From Macrostomum hystrix (lineage: Eukaryota > Animalia > Platyhelminthes): a stretch of DNA of 64,000 bases. The position numbers and the translations under genes are program-made. The first letter of the stretch is position 1. Each line of letters begins with the position of its first letter. Below, piece by piece: positions 23,225-35,924 of this stretch. The stretch spans positions 3,596,001 to 3,660,000 of the forward strand of contig CATNEN010000012.1 of NCBI GenBank assembly GCA_950097015.1, read 5' to 3'. Under the pieces are notes generated by a model. That model saw nothing but the letters and a program-made list of their open reading frames with translations. It did not search any database and was not told the origin of the DNA.

Positions 23225-26200
23225 ATGGATCTAACAGTGTTCTTATCGGTTGTGCTCTTCATTGTAATAGCCCTCTTGCTGGGCTTACTTGTTTACTCTG
23301 GCCTACTAACCGACATTAGCGTTGAGGCCCGCAAGTCTCCGTACGACGAACTGCTAGTTTACTACAAGAGCCACATCGGGCCCTACGCCGATGTTGGTGA
23401 CCTGTTTCGCGCCACCCAGCAGCTGGCGCCAAACAATCGTCTGGTTGGCATCTATCTGGACGATCCAAAGTACACACCGTCTGACTGTTGCCGCTCAGCT
23501 ATTGGCGCCATTGTGCCTAATCCGACGGCTGATGCGGCGACTGTACAGCGGCTCGAGTCAGCTGGCTATGTCAGCAAGTTGTTGCCGAAGGCGGACAATG
23601 TTGTCTATTGTACTTTTCCGCTGATAAACCGGGTGTCGGTCTACATATCTGCCTGGCGAGTGTATCCTGCAATGCGGGACTACCTCATTGTGAGTGACTC
23701 GAGCATTCGGCCCTGTTAACAGCCGTATAGAACATTCGAACATAAAAACGGAGTGCTTTTAATTTTCTACCGAGCATGCTCGATAATCTTAGAACATAGC
23801 TGGTAAGACTCTCTCTAGATTTCGAAAGAGTTCTCTAGATTTCGAAAGAATTCTCTAGATTTCGAAAGAATTCTCTAGATTTCGGAAAGAATTATCTAGA
23901 TTTCAGACGGAGTTCTCTAGATTTCGGAAAAAGTTCTCTAGATTTCGGAAAGAATTCTCTAGATTTCAGACGGAATTCTAAAGATTTCGTTTTTTTTAAA
24001 ACTACCAAAGTCTGAAGGAAATTTTCGATTTTTTCAAAAGTGCTAGTTTCACTAGTGTCACTGCCTATAGAGGCATGAAGATTAAGATAGGTTACCCAAA
24101 TTTAGGATGTGGTTCCTTAGACTCATATAGAGTAGTTTCAATTTCTGGGTGAAATATTTCTACTCAGTGAATAAATCCGAATCACCCTCGATTCTGAAGG
24201 GACTACCAACATTTTTCTTGTCATTGATAATCGATAATAGTCCCCTAATCCCAACACTGGATCGCGCAGGAGAACGGGCTGACCGCTCGGCCCTTCATTG
24301 AGATTTGCGAAGGCAGCCGTCTAGTGTTTCTGGCACCGTTGTCCCGCTACGAAGAATTCCAGCCAGATATTCAGTCGCCGTCAGTGCCCCGACAGGTGCA
24401 GGAACCGGTGCAGCCACAGGTTCAGGCAAAAGTGCAGGAACCAGTGCAGGGACAGGTGCAGCCACAGGTGCAAGAACCAGTGCAGGAACAGGTGCAGGAA
24501 CCGGTCCAGGCACAGGTGCAGGAACCGGTCCAGCCACAGGTGCAGGAACTGGTCCAGGCACAGGTGCAGGAACCGGTCAAGCCACAGGTGCAGGAACTGG
24601 TCCAGGCACAGGTGCAGGAACCGGTCCAGCCACAGGTGCAGGAACCGGTCCAGCCACAGGTGCAGGAACTAGTGCAGCGGGAGCCGCAAGTCTCGGAATC
24701 GGCTCCTGAGCTGCCGACAGAGCCAACCGAAGTCGGCACCGAGGAGCTCATCAGCGATGCCGTCGCTGAGAACTCCGAGACGGTGGCTCCTTCCTCGCCG
24801 GCGGCTAGCGGCGGAGAGGTTGAAACGGTTTTCGAGAATCGGCAGGACCTGCTGGAGGCCATGGCCGACCGTCCTGACGAGGCAGATTCGAAGCCGGCCC
24901 ACACTGCGGGCGCGCGCTCCGATGTCGCAGATTCTTCGGACGCTGGCGCCGAGTCGATGAGAGCGAACGCTGACTCGGAGGCTGGCCAGGAGGCCGGCGA
25001 AGGCATAGCCTTTAACGATGAGGCAGACGAAGAGGGCGGCGATGCCCATGCCAACGCCGACTCAGTCCAAAGTGTCGGCGAAGAGGCCGGCGAAGGCTTG
25101 AACTTTGGCGATGATGCACCTGGTGCTGAACCGGAAGGTGAGGGTGACGAAGCTCTGGAAGCTCTAGAGCAGCGTCTGGCCCAGCTAGAGGAGGACCTCA
25201 CCGACAAGCAGAGCCGAGTGCGCAGCGATGTCAGTCAGTATAACAACAGCCTGGCTCTGGCTGAGATCGAGGAACACCTGCGGCGCACTGTGCCCGAGCC
25301 GGTGAGTCCTTCGGTTTGAGTAGTTGTCTTTAGATGTCAAGTGAGTCACCGTCAGAAATCCCCAATCAGTCGCTGTCAAAAATCCGCAATAATTCACTGA
25401 CCTTTCACTGCGGCTGTCAACTTCGACTTTGATCTCAAGGAAATCACCCCTTCGAGAATGACCTCAGGGAAATCACAAATTCGAGAATGAATTTAGGAGA
25501 ATGGCTCTCTGAGAATGAACTCAGGGGAATGGATCTCTGAGAATGAACTCAGAAGAATGGACTCTGAGAATGAACTCAGGAGAATGGCTCTCTGAGAATG
25601 AACTCAGGAGAATGGCTCTATGATAATAAATTAAAAAAATGCCTAAGTCGGTAAAAATGGCTCGTACATTTTTTACCATTTCCTTTCGATCCTCAAACTT
25701 TTAGCAGGCAACCGAACCGGCTGTTGCAGCCACCTCCGCCGAGTTTGCTATCTCACTATCCGAGGACGCGAAACCGGAATCGAGCAGCGACCTTCAGGTT
25801 CGATCCAATATAGAATTGATTTGGAGCTCTGAGAATGAACTCAGGAGAATGGATCTCTGAGAATGAACTCAGGAGAATGGCTCTCTGAGAATGAACTCGG
25901 GAGAATGGATCTCTGAGAATGAACTCAGGAGAATGGCTCTCTGAGAATGAACTCGGGAGATTGGATCTCTGAGAATGAACTTAGAAGAATGGCTCTCTGA
26001 GAATGAACTCAGGAGATTGGATCTCTGAGAATGAACTCGGGAGAATGGATCTCTGAGAATGAACTCAGGAGAATGGCTCTATGAGAATGAACTCAGGAGA
26101 ATGGCTCTCTGAGAATGAACTCAGGAGAATGGCTCTATGATAATAAATTAAAAAAATGCCCAAGTCGGTAAAAAATGGCTCGTACATTTTTTACCATTTC

Positions 26201-27666
26201 CTTTCGATCCTCAAACTTTTAGCAGGCAACCGAACCGGCTGTTGCAGCCACCTCCGCCGAGTTTGCTATCTCACTATCCGAGGACGCGAAAGTCAGGGAG
26301 GGAGCGAGGGAGGGACGCGAGGGAGCTCTGAGAATGAACTCAGGAGAATGTATCTCCGAGAATGAACTCGGGAGAATGGCTCTCTGAGAATGAACACAGG
26401 GGAATGGATCTCTGAGAATGAACTTAGAAGAATGGCTCTCTGAGAATGAACTCAGGAGAATGGATCTCTGAGAACGAACTCAGGAGAATGTATCTCCGAG
26501 AATGAACTCGGGAGATTGGATCTCTGAGAATGAACTCGGGAGATTGGATCTCTGAGAATGAACTCGGGAGATTGGATCTCTGAGAATGAACTCGGGAGAA
26601 TGGATCTCTGAGAATGAACTCAGGAGAATGTATCTCCGAGAATGAACTCAGGAGAATGGATCTGACAAAAATTTACGAGTAACGCGTTACAAACTTATCA
26701 GACCCAAATACTGATCCGAATTCTTAATTAGGCTCATAGATCGATGCTCGAGGTAATCGGTTGTCATAGCATAACAACTAAATCTACGTGATTTTCGCAC
26801 GGGAAACAATATTTATCTATACAGAGATGCAGCAAGATTTTAGAACTCACTATGAGATTTTAGAACTGACCATGAGTTAGATAGAATTAGATGAATTAGA
26901 TATGAAATTTGAAAATGTATTTTTTTCGCTAACTGTTCCAGGCCCAGCTTAGCAACACCGATGAGGACAAAGGGCACGAGGCCGAAGCCGTGCCACTCAT
27001 AAAGCTCCAGCCTGCCGAAACCCTGCCTCAGGTGATTGGACTCATTGCACTTCATTTCCCTGGACTCTTTGGTCATCAATTCATTTTCTTAACATTCATT
27101 TTGGAATGTCTACTTTCCAACTCGCCTGCTGTTAGTACAGTCTGCCGAACAAATTGCATTAAGGAGCCGAATTCTCGTAACAAAGTAGCTTCCCCTGTCA
27201 TTGGGTGACGATAGACTAGCCAACCAGCAATGGGTTTTCAATATAATATTCATCCAAAGCATTCCATTACTTATGATAAATCTTACTTTGCGGTGGAAAA
27301 ATTTGCGTTTCCTAAATTTATTAGACATTTTCTGAGTCGTAAAGCTGGTCTCTCATCAATTACCAGGCCCAGGCTGATATGGCGGCTGACAAAAAGGCTG
27401 ACGAGGCAGACGCCACCACCGAAGACGTTGATCAGGCGGTCGACTCAGCTGATGTGAATCAATTCATTCAGTCCGTTGTGCAACGCGCTCAGCAGATCTG
27501 CGAAGCCGAGGCCGCTACCGCCCTGACTGCCGAGGAGCGCTCAGGCGGCGACGCCGATCCCGGCACGGAGAGGCGAGAGAAGCGACTGCCTTCGCCGCTG
27601 CGGCACCAGACCAGCCGCTCCAGTCTGAGCGACTCGCCGGAGTCGCCTCTGCCAGCCAATGATTAA
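23225..27666 (+). CDS. TEX264: TEX264-like ER membrane protein (N-terminal TM helix, GyrI-like domain, long acidic tail; about 658 aa)
   Basis: Exons 23225-23689, 24270-25301, 25708-25797, 26942-27031, 27367-27666, all phase 0, GT-AG. YSGLL..., YKSHIGPY, IYLDDP..TPSDCCRSAIG, TFP, RVYPA, PFIEI...FLAPLSR track vertebrate TEX264 in order. Confidence 0.9.
23810..23990. repeat. About 21-bp intronic repeat (ttctctagatttcg(g)aaagaa)
   Basis: About 8 units in TEX264 intron 1. Confidence 0.9.
24390..24680 (+). repeat. Coding 24-nt repeat (QVQEPVQP/A) in TEX264 exon 2
   Basis: caggtgcaggaaccggtccagcca-type units, about 11 copies, in frame. Confidence 0.92.
25470..26665. repeat. 28-bp intronic minisatellite (gaatgaactcaggagaatggctctctga) interrupted by an exon and its duplicate
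   Basis: Three blocks (25470-25620, 25825-26137, 26323-26665); internal CTGAG...CTCAG inverted pair. Confidence 0.94.
26226..26291 (+). other. Duplicated, truncated TEX264 exon; candidate 66-nt cassette exon
   Basis: 26138-26291 copies 25621-25773 including the acceptor (2 differences seen); it is followed by GTCAGG. Confidence 0.6.
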
Positions 27667-27989
27667 CCAGACCAGGCGGACAGCGGATTCTGGAGTTTTT
27701 TTAACTTTTTTGCGTCTACTTTTTTGTTACAAATCACATAATAACCTTTATAGCGGCATTATTAAAAGCCGTATTTTTATTATTAAGTTTTACTATTTCA
27801 GATACGGTTGCTTAAAAATCGCGGCTTATAAGCAGACAGGTAGTCATCTATTTAACTTATTTGTAGTTGGGATCTTCAAATCATGATGTGAACAGGGCTG
27901 CTGGATCTTAATGTTCTCGAGAATTATATACTGCAACAACCCCTCATTTTATCTCTCTTTTCTCTACACGCGCCACCTTATTTTCCCTG

Positions 27990-28325
27990 CCATTCCTCTA
28001 CACCCATGACCTCATTTTCTCTACCCTTCCCCTACAGGCCTGCACCCACCACCTCATTTTCTCTACCCTTCCCTTACAGGCCTGTACCCAACACCTCATT
28101 TTCTCTGCCCTTCCCCTGAAGGCCTGCACCCACCACCTCTTTTTCTCTGCCCTTTCGCTACAGGCTTGCACCCACCACCTCATTTTCTCTGCCCTTCCCC
28201 TGAAGGCCTGCACCCACCACCTCATTTTCTCTGCCCTTCCGCTACAGGCTTGCACCCACCACCTCATTTTCTCTGCCCTTTCCCTGAAGGCCTGCACCCA
28301 CCACCTCATTTTCTCTGCCATGCCA
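27990..28325. repeat. About 42-bp C-rich minisatellite
   Basis: ctcattttctctgcccttcccctgaaggcctgcacccaccac, about 8 units. Confidence 0.92.
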
Positions 28326-29299
28326 CATTTTCTACATCACATTCCCTCTTTCAGTTCCTTAAACTGCGCGTTATGATTGCTTTTTGGATGAATTCTAACA
28401 AAGCGGCACATAAAAACTACTCGCTTAATGCAATGAGCTGCTGAGTTGCAAGTAGCTTCTTTTCGTTCACTAACTTAACTAGGATGACCATTTTCATTTT
28501 TTGTAGAGTAAAATGTGTTTTTGAGCCGCTGCCAATCTTTCCCGGATTGTTTTGTATTTCAATCGATATTTTTCAGAACTAGAAGCACTTATCACAAATG
28601 GGTACTTTATACATTACCTTAGTAAACATTTAGATCTTCTGCTTTCGCCTTCTTCACCTCTTTCCCACTCTCTCTGGCGTTTGAGCAGCCTGTGAGTCGC
28701 CAGATTCTTACCGAATTCTTTTCTCTTTGAGTCCCTTATGTCTTATATATCTCCGCCATAGCTATAATAGGCCTTTTGCTTGGCTGGACTCTACTGCAAC
28801 TGTTACAATTTTTGTTAGCTTTTTGCCCTGCGCTATCAAATAATAAAATAGTCATAAAATTCACAACATTTACGCATATCTGTGTCTCTTATTTTATAGC
28901 TTGTCGAATTGTGGGTAAATTTTGACCGTTTAAGTTTGCACAATTTTCCCCACTTAGCCCGTAGTTACTAAATTGCGCGCACTAATTAAAGAATCTTGCT
29001 ATCAACTCTAAGCTTTCCTGAAGCCACTATTGCCTGGCATTCATTTGATTTAGCATACAAGCTAACTATTATTAGCATGCAATCGTATCGATCTGAAATA
29101 GAAAATATCCTGAATCCTTATCCAAACGGCTCTGCAATATCCTGTTTTGATGTCAGACACTCGAATACAACGAATATTGTGGATCTTTAGAGCACTATAA
29201 TTCAAGGCTCTCGCTTGTGCCTTTTTGTCTTTTACGCTCCGGCTTGTTCTGTTCTACTTTTGTAGGGCCATCTCTTATTTTCTTCTCTCCTTCATTTCC

Positions 29300-30480
29300 G
29301 TCTCCTGTTTACCCTTTACTCAAGCATTCCCCCATTCTCCCATCTCTCTCATTCTCCATCCCTCCTATTCTCCCATCTCTCTCATTCTCCATCCCTCCCA
29401 TTCTCCCATCTCTCTCATTCTCCATCCCTCCTATTCTCCCATCTCTCTCATTCTCCATCCCTCCCATTCTCCCATCTCTCTCATTCTCCATCCCTCCCAT
29501 TCTCCCATCTCTCTCATTCTCCATCCCTCCTATTCTCCCATCTCTCTCATTCTCCATCCCTCCCATTCTCCCATCTCTCTCATTCTCCATCCCTCCTATT
29601 CTCCCATCTCTCTCATTCTCCATCCCTCCCATTCTCCCATCTCTCTCATTCTCCATCCCTCCCATTCTCCCATCTCTCTCATTCTCCATCCCTTACCATT
29701 CTCCCATCTCTCTCATTCTCCATCCCTCCTATTCTCCCATCCCTCTCATTCTCCATCCCTCCCATTCTCCCATCTCTCTCATTCTCCATCCCTCCTATTC
29801 TCCCATCCCTCTCATTCTCCATCCCTCCCATTCTCCCATCTCTCTCATTCTCCATCCCTTACCATTCTCCCATCTCTCTCATTCTCCATCCCTCCTATTC
29901 TCCCATCCCTCTCATTCTCCATCCCTCCTATTCTCCCATCCCTCTCATTCTCCATCCCTCCCATTCTCCCATCTCTCTCATTCTCCATCCCTTACCATTC
30001 TCCCATCTCTCTCATTCTCCATCCCTCCTATTCTCCCATCTCTCTCATTCTCCATCCCTCCCATTCTCCCATCTCTCTCATTCTCCATCCCTCCTATTCT
30101 CCCATCTCTCTCATTCTCCATCCCTCCCATTCTCCCATCTCTCTCATTCTCCATCCCTCCTATTCTCCCATCTCTCTCATTCTCCATCCCTCCCATTCTC
30201 CCATCTCTCTCATTCTCCATCCCTCCCATTCTCCCATCTCTCTCATTCTCCATCCCTTACCATTCTCCCATCTCTCTCATTCTCCATCCCTCCTATTCTC
30301 CCATCCCTCTCATTCTCCATCCCTCCCATTCTCCCATCTCTCTCATTCTCCATCCCTCCTATTCTCCCATCTCTCTCATTCTCCATCCCTCCCATTCTCC
30401 CATCTCTCTCATTCTCCATCCCTCCCATTCTCCCATCTCTCTCATTCTCCATCCCTCCTATTCTCCCATCCCTCTCCCGT
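29300..30480. repeat. 33-bp polypyrimidine minisatellite
   Basis: ccatccctcc(c/t)attctcccatctctctcattct, about 35 units. Confidence 0.96.
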
Positions 30481-31059
30481 TCTTCCATCCCTCCCCTATC
30501 GGTTCCCCATTTCCATATTCTTATCCTCCCTTCTTACTTTCTCCCAGCCTCCCAGAGTCGCAGCTCTGTCTGACACAGAAACTCTAGGCTATAGAGCTAG
30601 AGCGAACAGGAGCAAGTTGTCTTTGAAGCCCGGACTGCTTCCACTGGCATTCACTTCGGTTCATTTTCTTTTGTGCGCTGCTGGCGAGCCTAAGCCTTCA
30701 TCAGACTTAGAAATCAATATAGTGGACGCGACACGCACCGCCCAGTGGGATTTTAGGCTGCGGGACTATTAGATACCTGCGCAGATAGCTCAGCGGGCGT
30801 GCTGGAATTGCTTTTAATTCCCAAGGCCGACTGAGGAATTAGTGTGGAAAAAATTCGATATTGGATCGCACGAGGGCCGCAGCGATCTGCTCTCAAACCT
30901 GCGAGTACACCCCGTCAAGAAATTGATCGGCTTTGACCGCTTCATCAGCAGAGTAGTGTATATGCAGCATCGAGAAACACAATAACTAGATATAAATACA
31001 ATAAAAAAATTTACTCTGGAAATCTGGACATCCACTACAAATAGGAATTCCCAGAATTT

Positions 31060-31900
31060 AGAAATGAGAATCCCGACAATTCAGAAATGGAAATAACGAA
31101 TATTTAGAAATGGGAATTCCGATTAGAAATGGGAATTTAGAAATGGGAATTTCGATTATTTAGATATGGTAATTCCGAGAATTTAGAAATAGGAATTCCC
31201 AGAATTAAAAAAAGGGAATCCTGAATATTTAGAAATGGGAATTCCGATTAGATATGGGAATTTAGAAATGGGAATCCCGAATATTTAGAAATGGGAAGCC
31301 TGACTATTTAGAATTGGGAATCCCGACTATTTAGAAATGGGAATTCCGATTAGAAATGGGAATCCCGATTATTTTTTGGAAATGGGAAGCCTAACTATTT
31401 AGAATTGGGAATCCCGACTATTTAGAAATGGGAATTCCGATTATTTAGAAATGGGAATTCCGATTATTTAGAAATGGGAATTCCGATTAGAAATGGAAAT
31501 CCCGATTTTTTGGAAATGGGAATTCCGAGAATTTAGAAATAGGAATTCCCAGAATTAAAAAAAGGGAATCCTGAATATTTAGAAATGGGAATTCCGATTA
31601 GATATGGGAATTTAGAAATGGGAATCCCGAATATTTAGAAATGGGAATCCCGACTATTTAGAAATGGGAATTCCGATTAGAAATGGGAATCCCGATTATT
31701 TTTTGGAAATGGGAAGCCTTACTATTTAGAATTGGGAATCCCGACTATTTAGAAATGGGAATTCCGATTATTTAGAAATGGGAATTCCGATTAGAAATGG
31801 AAATCCCGATTTTTTGGAAATGGGAATTCCGAGAATTTAGAAATAGGAATTCCAAGAATTAAAAAATGGGAATCCCGAATATTTAGAAATGGGAATCATG
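31060..31900. repeat. Irregular gaaatgggaattccga array with about 300-350 bp higher-order duplication
   Basis: The block starting aattccgagaatttagaaataggaattccc recurs at 31171, 31521 and about 31823. Confidence 0.9.
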
Positions 31901-32376
31901 ATTGTTTCATAAAATTCGGATCAGATATTTCTCTGAACGTACTCGTAGAATTGGGAATCTGTGCAATTCATGCGAAAGCACAACATCGGACCGGCAGAAA
32001 CAAAGTTAATTAAGATCGAGTTCCAGATTGCTAAATTAAATTTTCACGAAGTGCAAAGCATTTCTCTTTCATATAGCTTGCACAATATTATAATTATTAG
32101 CACGCTGCATCAGATACAGGTTTTTAATCATTAGCAATTCTATTTAGACTATTAAGGTGTTGGGGGCTTGCGGAGTTATTCAGTCGACGAATACGTACCC
32201 CAACTCACACAATCGTTTGTATATCTTTCCAGACTTTCTAATCAACTATCGGAGTGTAATCACCAAAAATAAAATATTGAAAAAACGACTTTGCCCAGTT
32301 AATTGCAACATTAAAGCTTACTGAAAAAACGGCCTTCAAATTTTAATTGGCTTCAGTTAGTCACATGCTTTTGCTC

Positions 32377-32640
32377 TTCTAAAAATAGCAACAACTCCAC
32401 CCAATCAAAATTTAAAGGCTTCGTGTTTATAATTCTAAAAATAGCGAAACTCCACTCAATCAAAAATTAAGCCTTGTCTATAATTCTAAAAATAGCAAAC
32501 TCCACCCAATCAAAATTTAAAGGCTTCGTGTTTATAATTCTAAAAATAGCAACAGCTCCACCCAATCAAAATTTAAAGGCTTTGTGTTTATAATTCTAAA
32601 AATAGCAAAACTCCACATATTAAAAATGTAAAGGCTTCGT
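32377..32640. repeat. About 55-bp tandem repeat, 5 copies
   Basis: ttctaaaaatagc starts at 32377, 32433, 32484, 32538 and 32594. Confidence 0.88.
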
Positions 32641-33534
32641 GTGGTTAGTCCTTAACTTAGCAAAAACTCCTCTTCATAAAAATAAAAACTTTTTAGTACA
32701 CATGTTTAAGAAGAAAGCAACATCCTAGAAAATATTTTTACGATCACAAGGATTTTTGAACTTTCATACGACCATAACTCAATGTTTCTACATATTTTAT
32801 ATTTTTGAACTAGGGCAGTGAGCTCCGTGTGTGCTGTGCGCTCAATTTCAGCTTCTTCATCCGAGGTCCTTCGACAGTTAATTTGCAGTCAGGCACAAAA
32901 AGTCCTCCTACTCCTATCCCCTTACCAATGCCTCATCGGAGCTCGATAAATCATTCGGACACTTGAAGTCACTCATTCCAGCCAGTCTCCCAGATCCACA
33001 GTTGCGGTCTCTATGCGGATCCCCACAGCTGGCATTTACCTTCGGCCTCCTTCCGTCTCCTCTCCTTCTTGCACCAGCTACTCGGCTCAATATGGGGGGT
33101 CGTGCGAACCTCGCTCAGTGTGAGAAGTCATAAATTAGATTCCAAACTGAGAACTGTCATTGCTCATGCCGGGACTGGGCGAGTCGGCGATCGCGAATGG
33201 GAGATGGCAGATGGGAAGGAAACGGTTTCTAAGAAACGATGCACTTTCCAGTTGACTCCGCTGGAATCCCTGTTTGGAATCTGGCATTGGCAAATTTCCT
33301 TCAAGCAGCCCAACAAAAATCTGCATGCAATTTTGCTAGCCTGATTTAATTACCGTTTCACGACCGCGACAGCTCAAGCTGGGCTGATGGCGAGAGTACA
33401 TTAAGGGACCCTTGGCGAGAATCGGCTCGGAGGGCTCTAAAACCGCGATGCACTTTTCCAGGCCTCGCTTTCGAAGAGGCGAAAGGAGATTAGCGTAAAC
33501 TGTCAGATAGTAATAGCAGCTGGGAGGTACTGCA

Positions 33535-35550
33535 TTTGGGATAGAGTGACTGTCTATGGGATAGAGTGACTGTCTATGGGATAGAGTGACTGTATATGGA
33601 ATAGATAGTAGCTGTCTATGGGATAGATAGAGTGACTGTCTATGGAATAGATAGTAGCTGTCTATGGGATAGATAGAGTGACTGTCTATGGAATAGATAG
33701 TAGCTGTCTATGGGTTAGATAGAGTGACTGTCTTGGGTTAGATAGAGTGGCTGTCTATGGGTTAGATAGAGTGACTGTCTTGGGTTAGATAGAGTGGCTG
33801 TCTATGGGTTAGATGGAGTGACTGTCTTGGGTTAGATAGAGTGACTGTCTTGGGTTAGATAGAGTGACTGTCTTGGGTTAGATAGAGTGACTGTCTTGGG
33901 TTAGATAGAGTGACTGTCTTGGGTTAGATAGAGTGACTGTCTTGGGTTAGATAGAGTGACTGTCTTGGGTTAGATAGAGTGACTGTCTTGGGTTAGATAG
34001 AGTGACTGTCTTGGGTTAGATAGAGTGACTGTCTTGGGTTAGATAGAGTGACTGTCTTGGGTTAGATAGAGTGACTGTCTTGGGTTAGATAGAGTGACTG
34101 TCTTGGGTTAGATAGAGTGACTGTCTTGGGTTAGATAGAGTGGCTGTCTATGGGTTAGATAGAGTGGCTGTCTATGGGTTAGATAGAGTGACTGTCTTGG
34201 GTTAGATAGAGTGGCTGTCTATGGGTTAGATAGAGTGACTGTCTTGGGTTAGATAGAGTGGCTGTCTATGGGTTAGATAGAGTGACTGTCTTGGGTTAGA
34301 TAGAGTGACTGTCTTGGGTTAGATAGAGTGACTGTCTTGGGTTAGATAGAGTGACTGTCTTGGGTTAGATAGAGTGACTGTCTTGGGTTAGATAGAGTGG
34401 CTGTCTATGGGTTAGATAGAGTGACTGTCTTGGGTTAGATAGAGTGACTGTCTTGGGTTAGATAGAGTGACTGTCTTGGGTTAGATAGAGTGGCTGTCTA
34501 TGGGTTAGATAGAGTGACTGTCTATGGGTTAGATAGAGTGACTGTCTTGGGTTAGATAGAGTGGCTGTCTATGGGTTAGATAGAGTGACTGTCTTGGGTT
34601 AGATAGAGTGACTGTCTTGGGTTAGATAGAGTGACTGTCTTGGGTTAGATAGAGTGGCTGTCTATGGGTTAGATAGAGTGACTGTCTTGGGTTAGATAGA
34701 GTGACTGTCTTGGGTTAGATAGAGTGGCTGTCTTGGGTTAGATAGAGTGACTGTCTTGGGTTAGATAGAGTGACTGTCTTGGGTTAGATAGAGTGGCTGT
34801 CTATGGGTTAGATAGAGTGGCTGTCTATGGGTTAGATAGAGTGACTGTCTTGGGTTAGATAGAGTGACTGTCTTGGGTTAGATAGAGTGGCTGTCTTGGG
34901 TTAGATAGAGTGACTGTCTATGGGTTAGATAGAGTGACTGTCTTGGGTTAGATAGAGTGGCTGTCTTGGGTTAGATAGAGTGGCTGTCTATGGGTTAGAT
35001 AGAGTGACTGTCTTGGGTTAGATAGAGTGACTGTCTTGGGTTAGATAGAGTGACTGTCTTGGGTTAGATAGAGTGACTGTCTTGGGTTAGATAGAGTGAC
35101 TGTCTTGGGTTAGATAGAGTGACTGTCTTGGGTTAGATAGAGTGACTGTCTTGGGTTAGATAGAGTGACTGTCTTGGGTTAGATAGAGTGACTGTCTATG
35201 GGTTAGATAGAGTGACTGTCTTGGGTTAGATAGAGTGACTGTCTTGGGTTAGATAGAGTGACTGTCTTGGGTTAGATAGAGTGACTGTCTTGGGTTAGAT
35301 AGAGTGACTGTCTATGGGTTAGATAGAGTGACTGTCTATGGGTTAGATAGAGTGGCTGTCTATGGGTTAGATAGAGTGACTGTCTTGGGTTAGATAGAGT
35401 GGCTGTCTATGGGTTAGATAGAGTGGCTGTCTATGGGTTAGATAGAATGGTCTATGGGTTAGATAGAGTGGCTGTCTATGGGTTAGATAGAATGGTCTAT
35501 GGGTTAGATAGAGTGGCTGTCTATGGGATAGAGTGGCTGTCTATGGGACT
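33535..35550. repeat. 23/24-bp minisatellite (gggttagatagagtgactgtctt)
   Basis: About 85 units in two main variants. Confidence 0.97.
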
Positions 35551-35924
35551 CTATTTATAAAGTAATGGATATATGTTAAGCTTCTCAGTACTGAGTCCTA
35601 AAAGTCCCGTAAGAGCTCAACCAAGCACTGCCAATCGAGAAGTTGTACACATTTTGCTTTAAATCTCAGGGTCATGGAAAAGTTCAGATCTTCCGAATAT
35701 TAAAAGGAGGACCAGACTGGGTTATGGAAGACCAGACCTCAACTTGCAGCAGCACCCATTCAGTACTTTGGCCGATAAAAAAACTGCCGGGAACTTATGT
35801 GTGTCTGGGAATAATTCACAGCTCCACATCCACTGCCCCTTCTGTAGCAACTATTTATCTGCTGTGCACTGCGGCCTTTTCTTCGAATTAATATTCTGTG
35901 TCAGCTCATTCTCTCACTCACACT

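Noticed and set aside
33535-35550. Telomere-like GGGTTAG in each unit (also TTAGGC at 46850-47850)
   Set aside because: A single hexamer per long unit, not a tandem telomeric tract.
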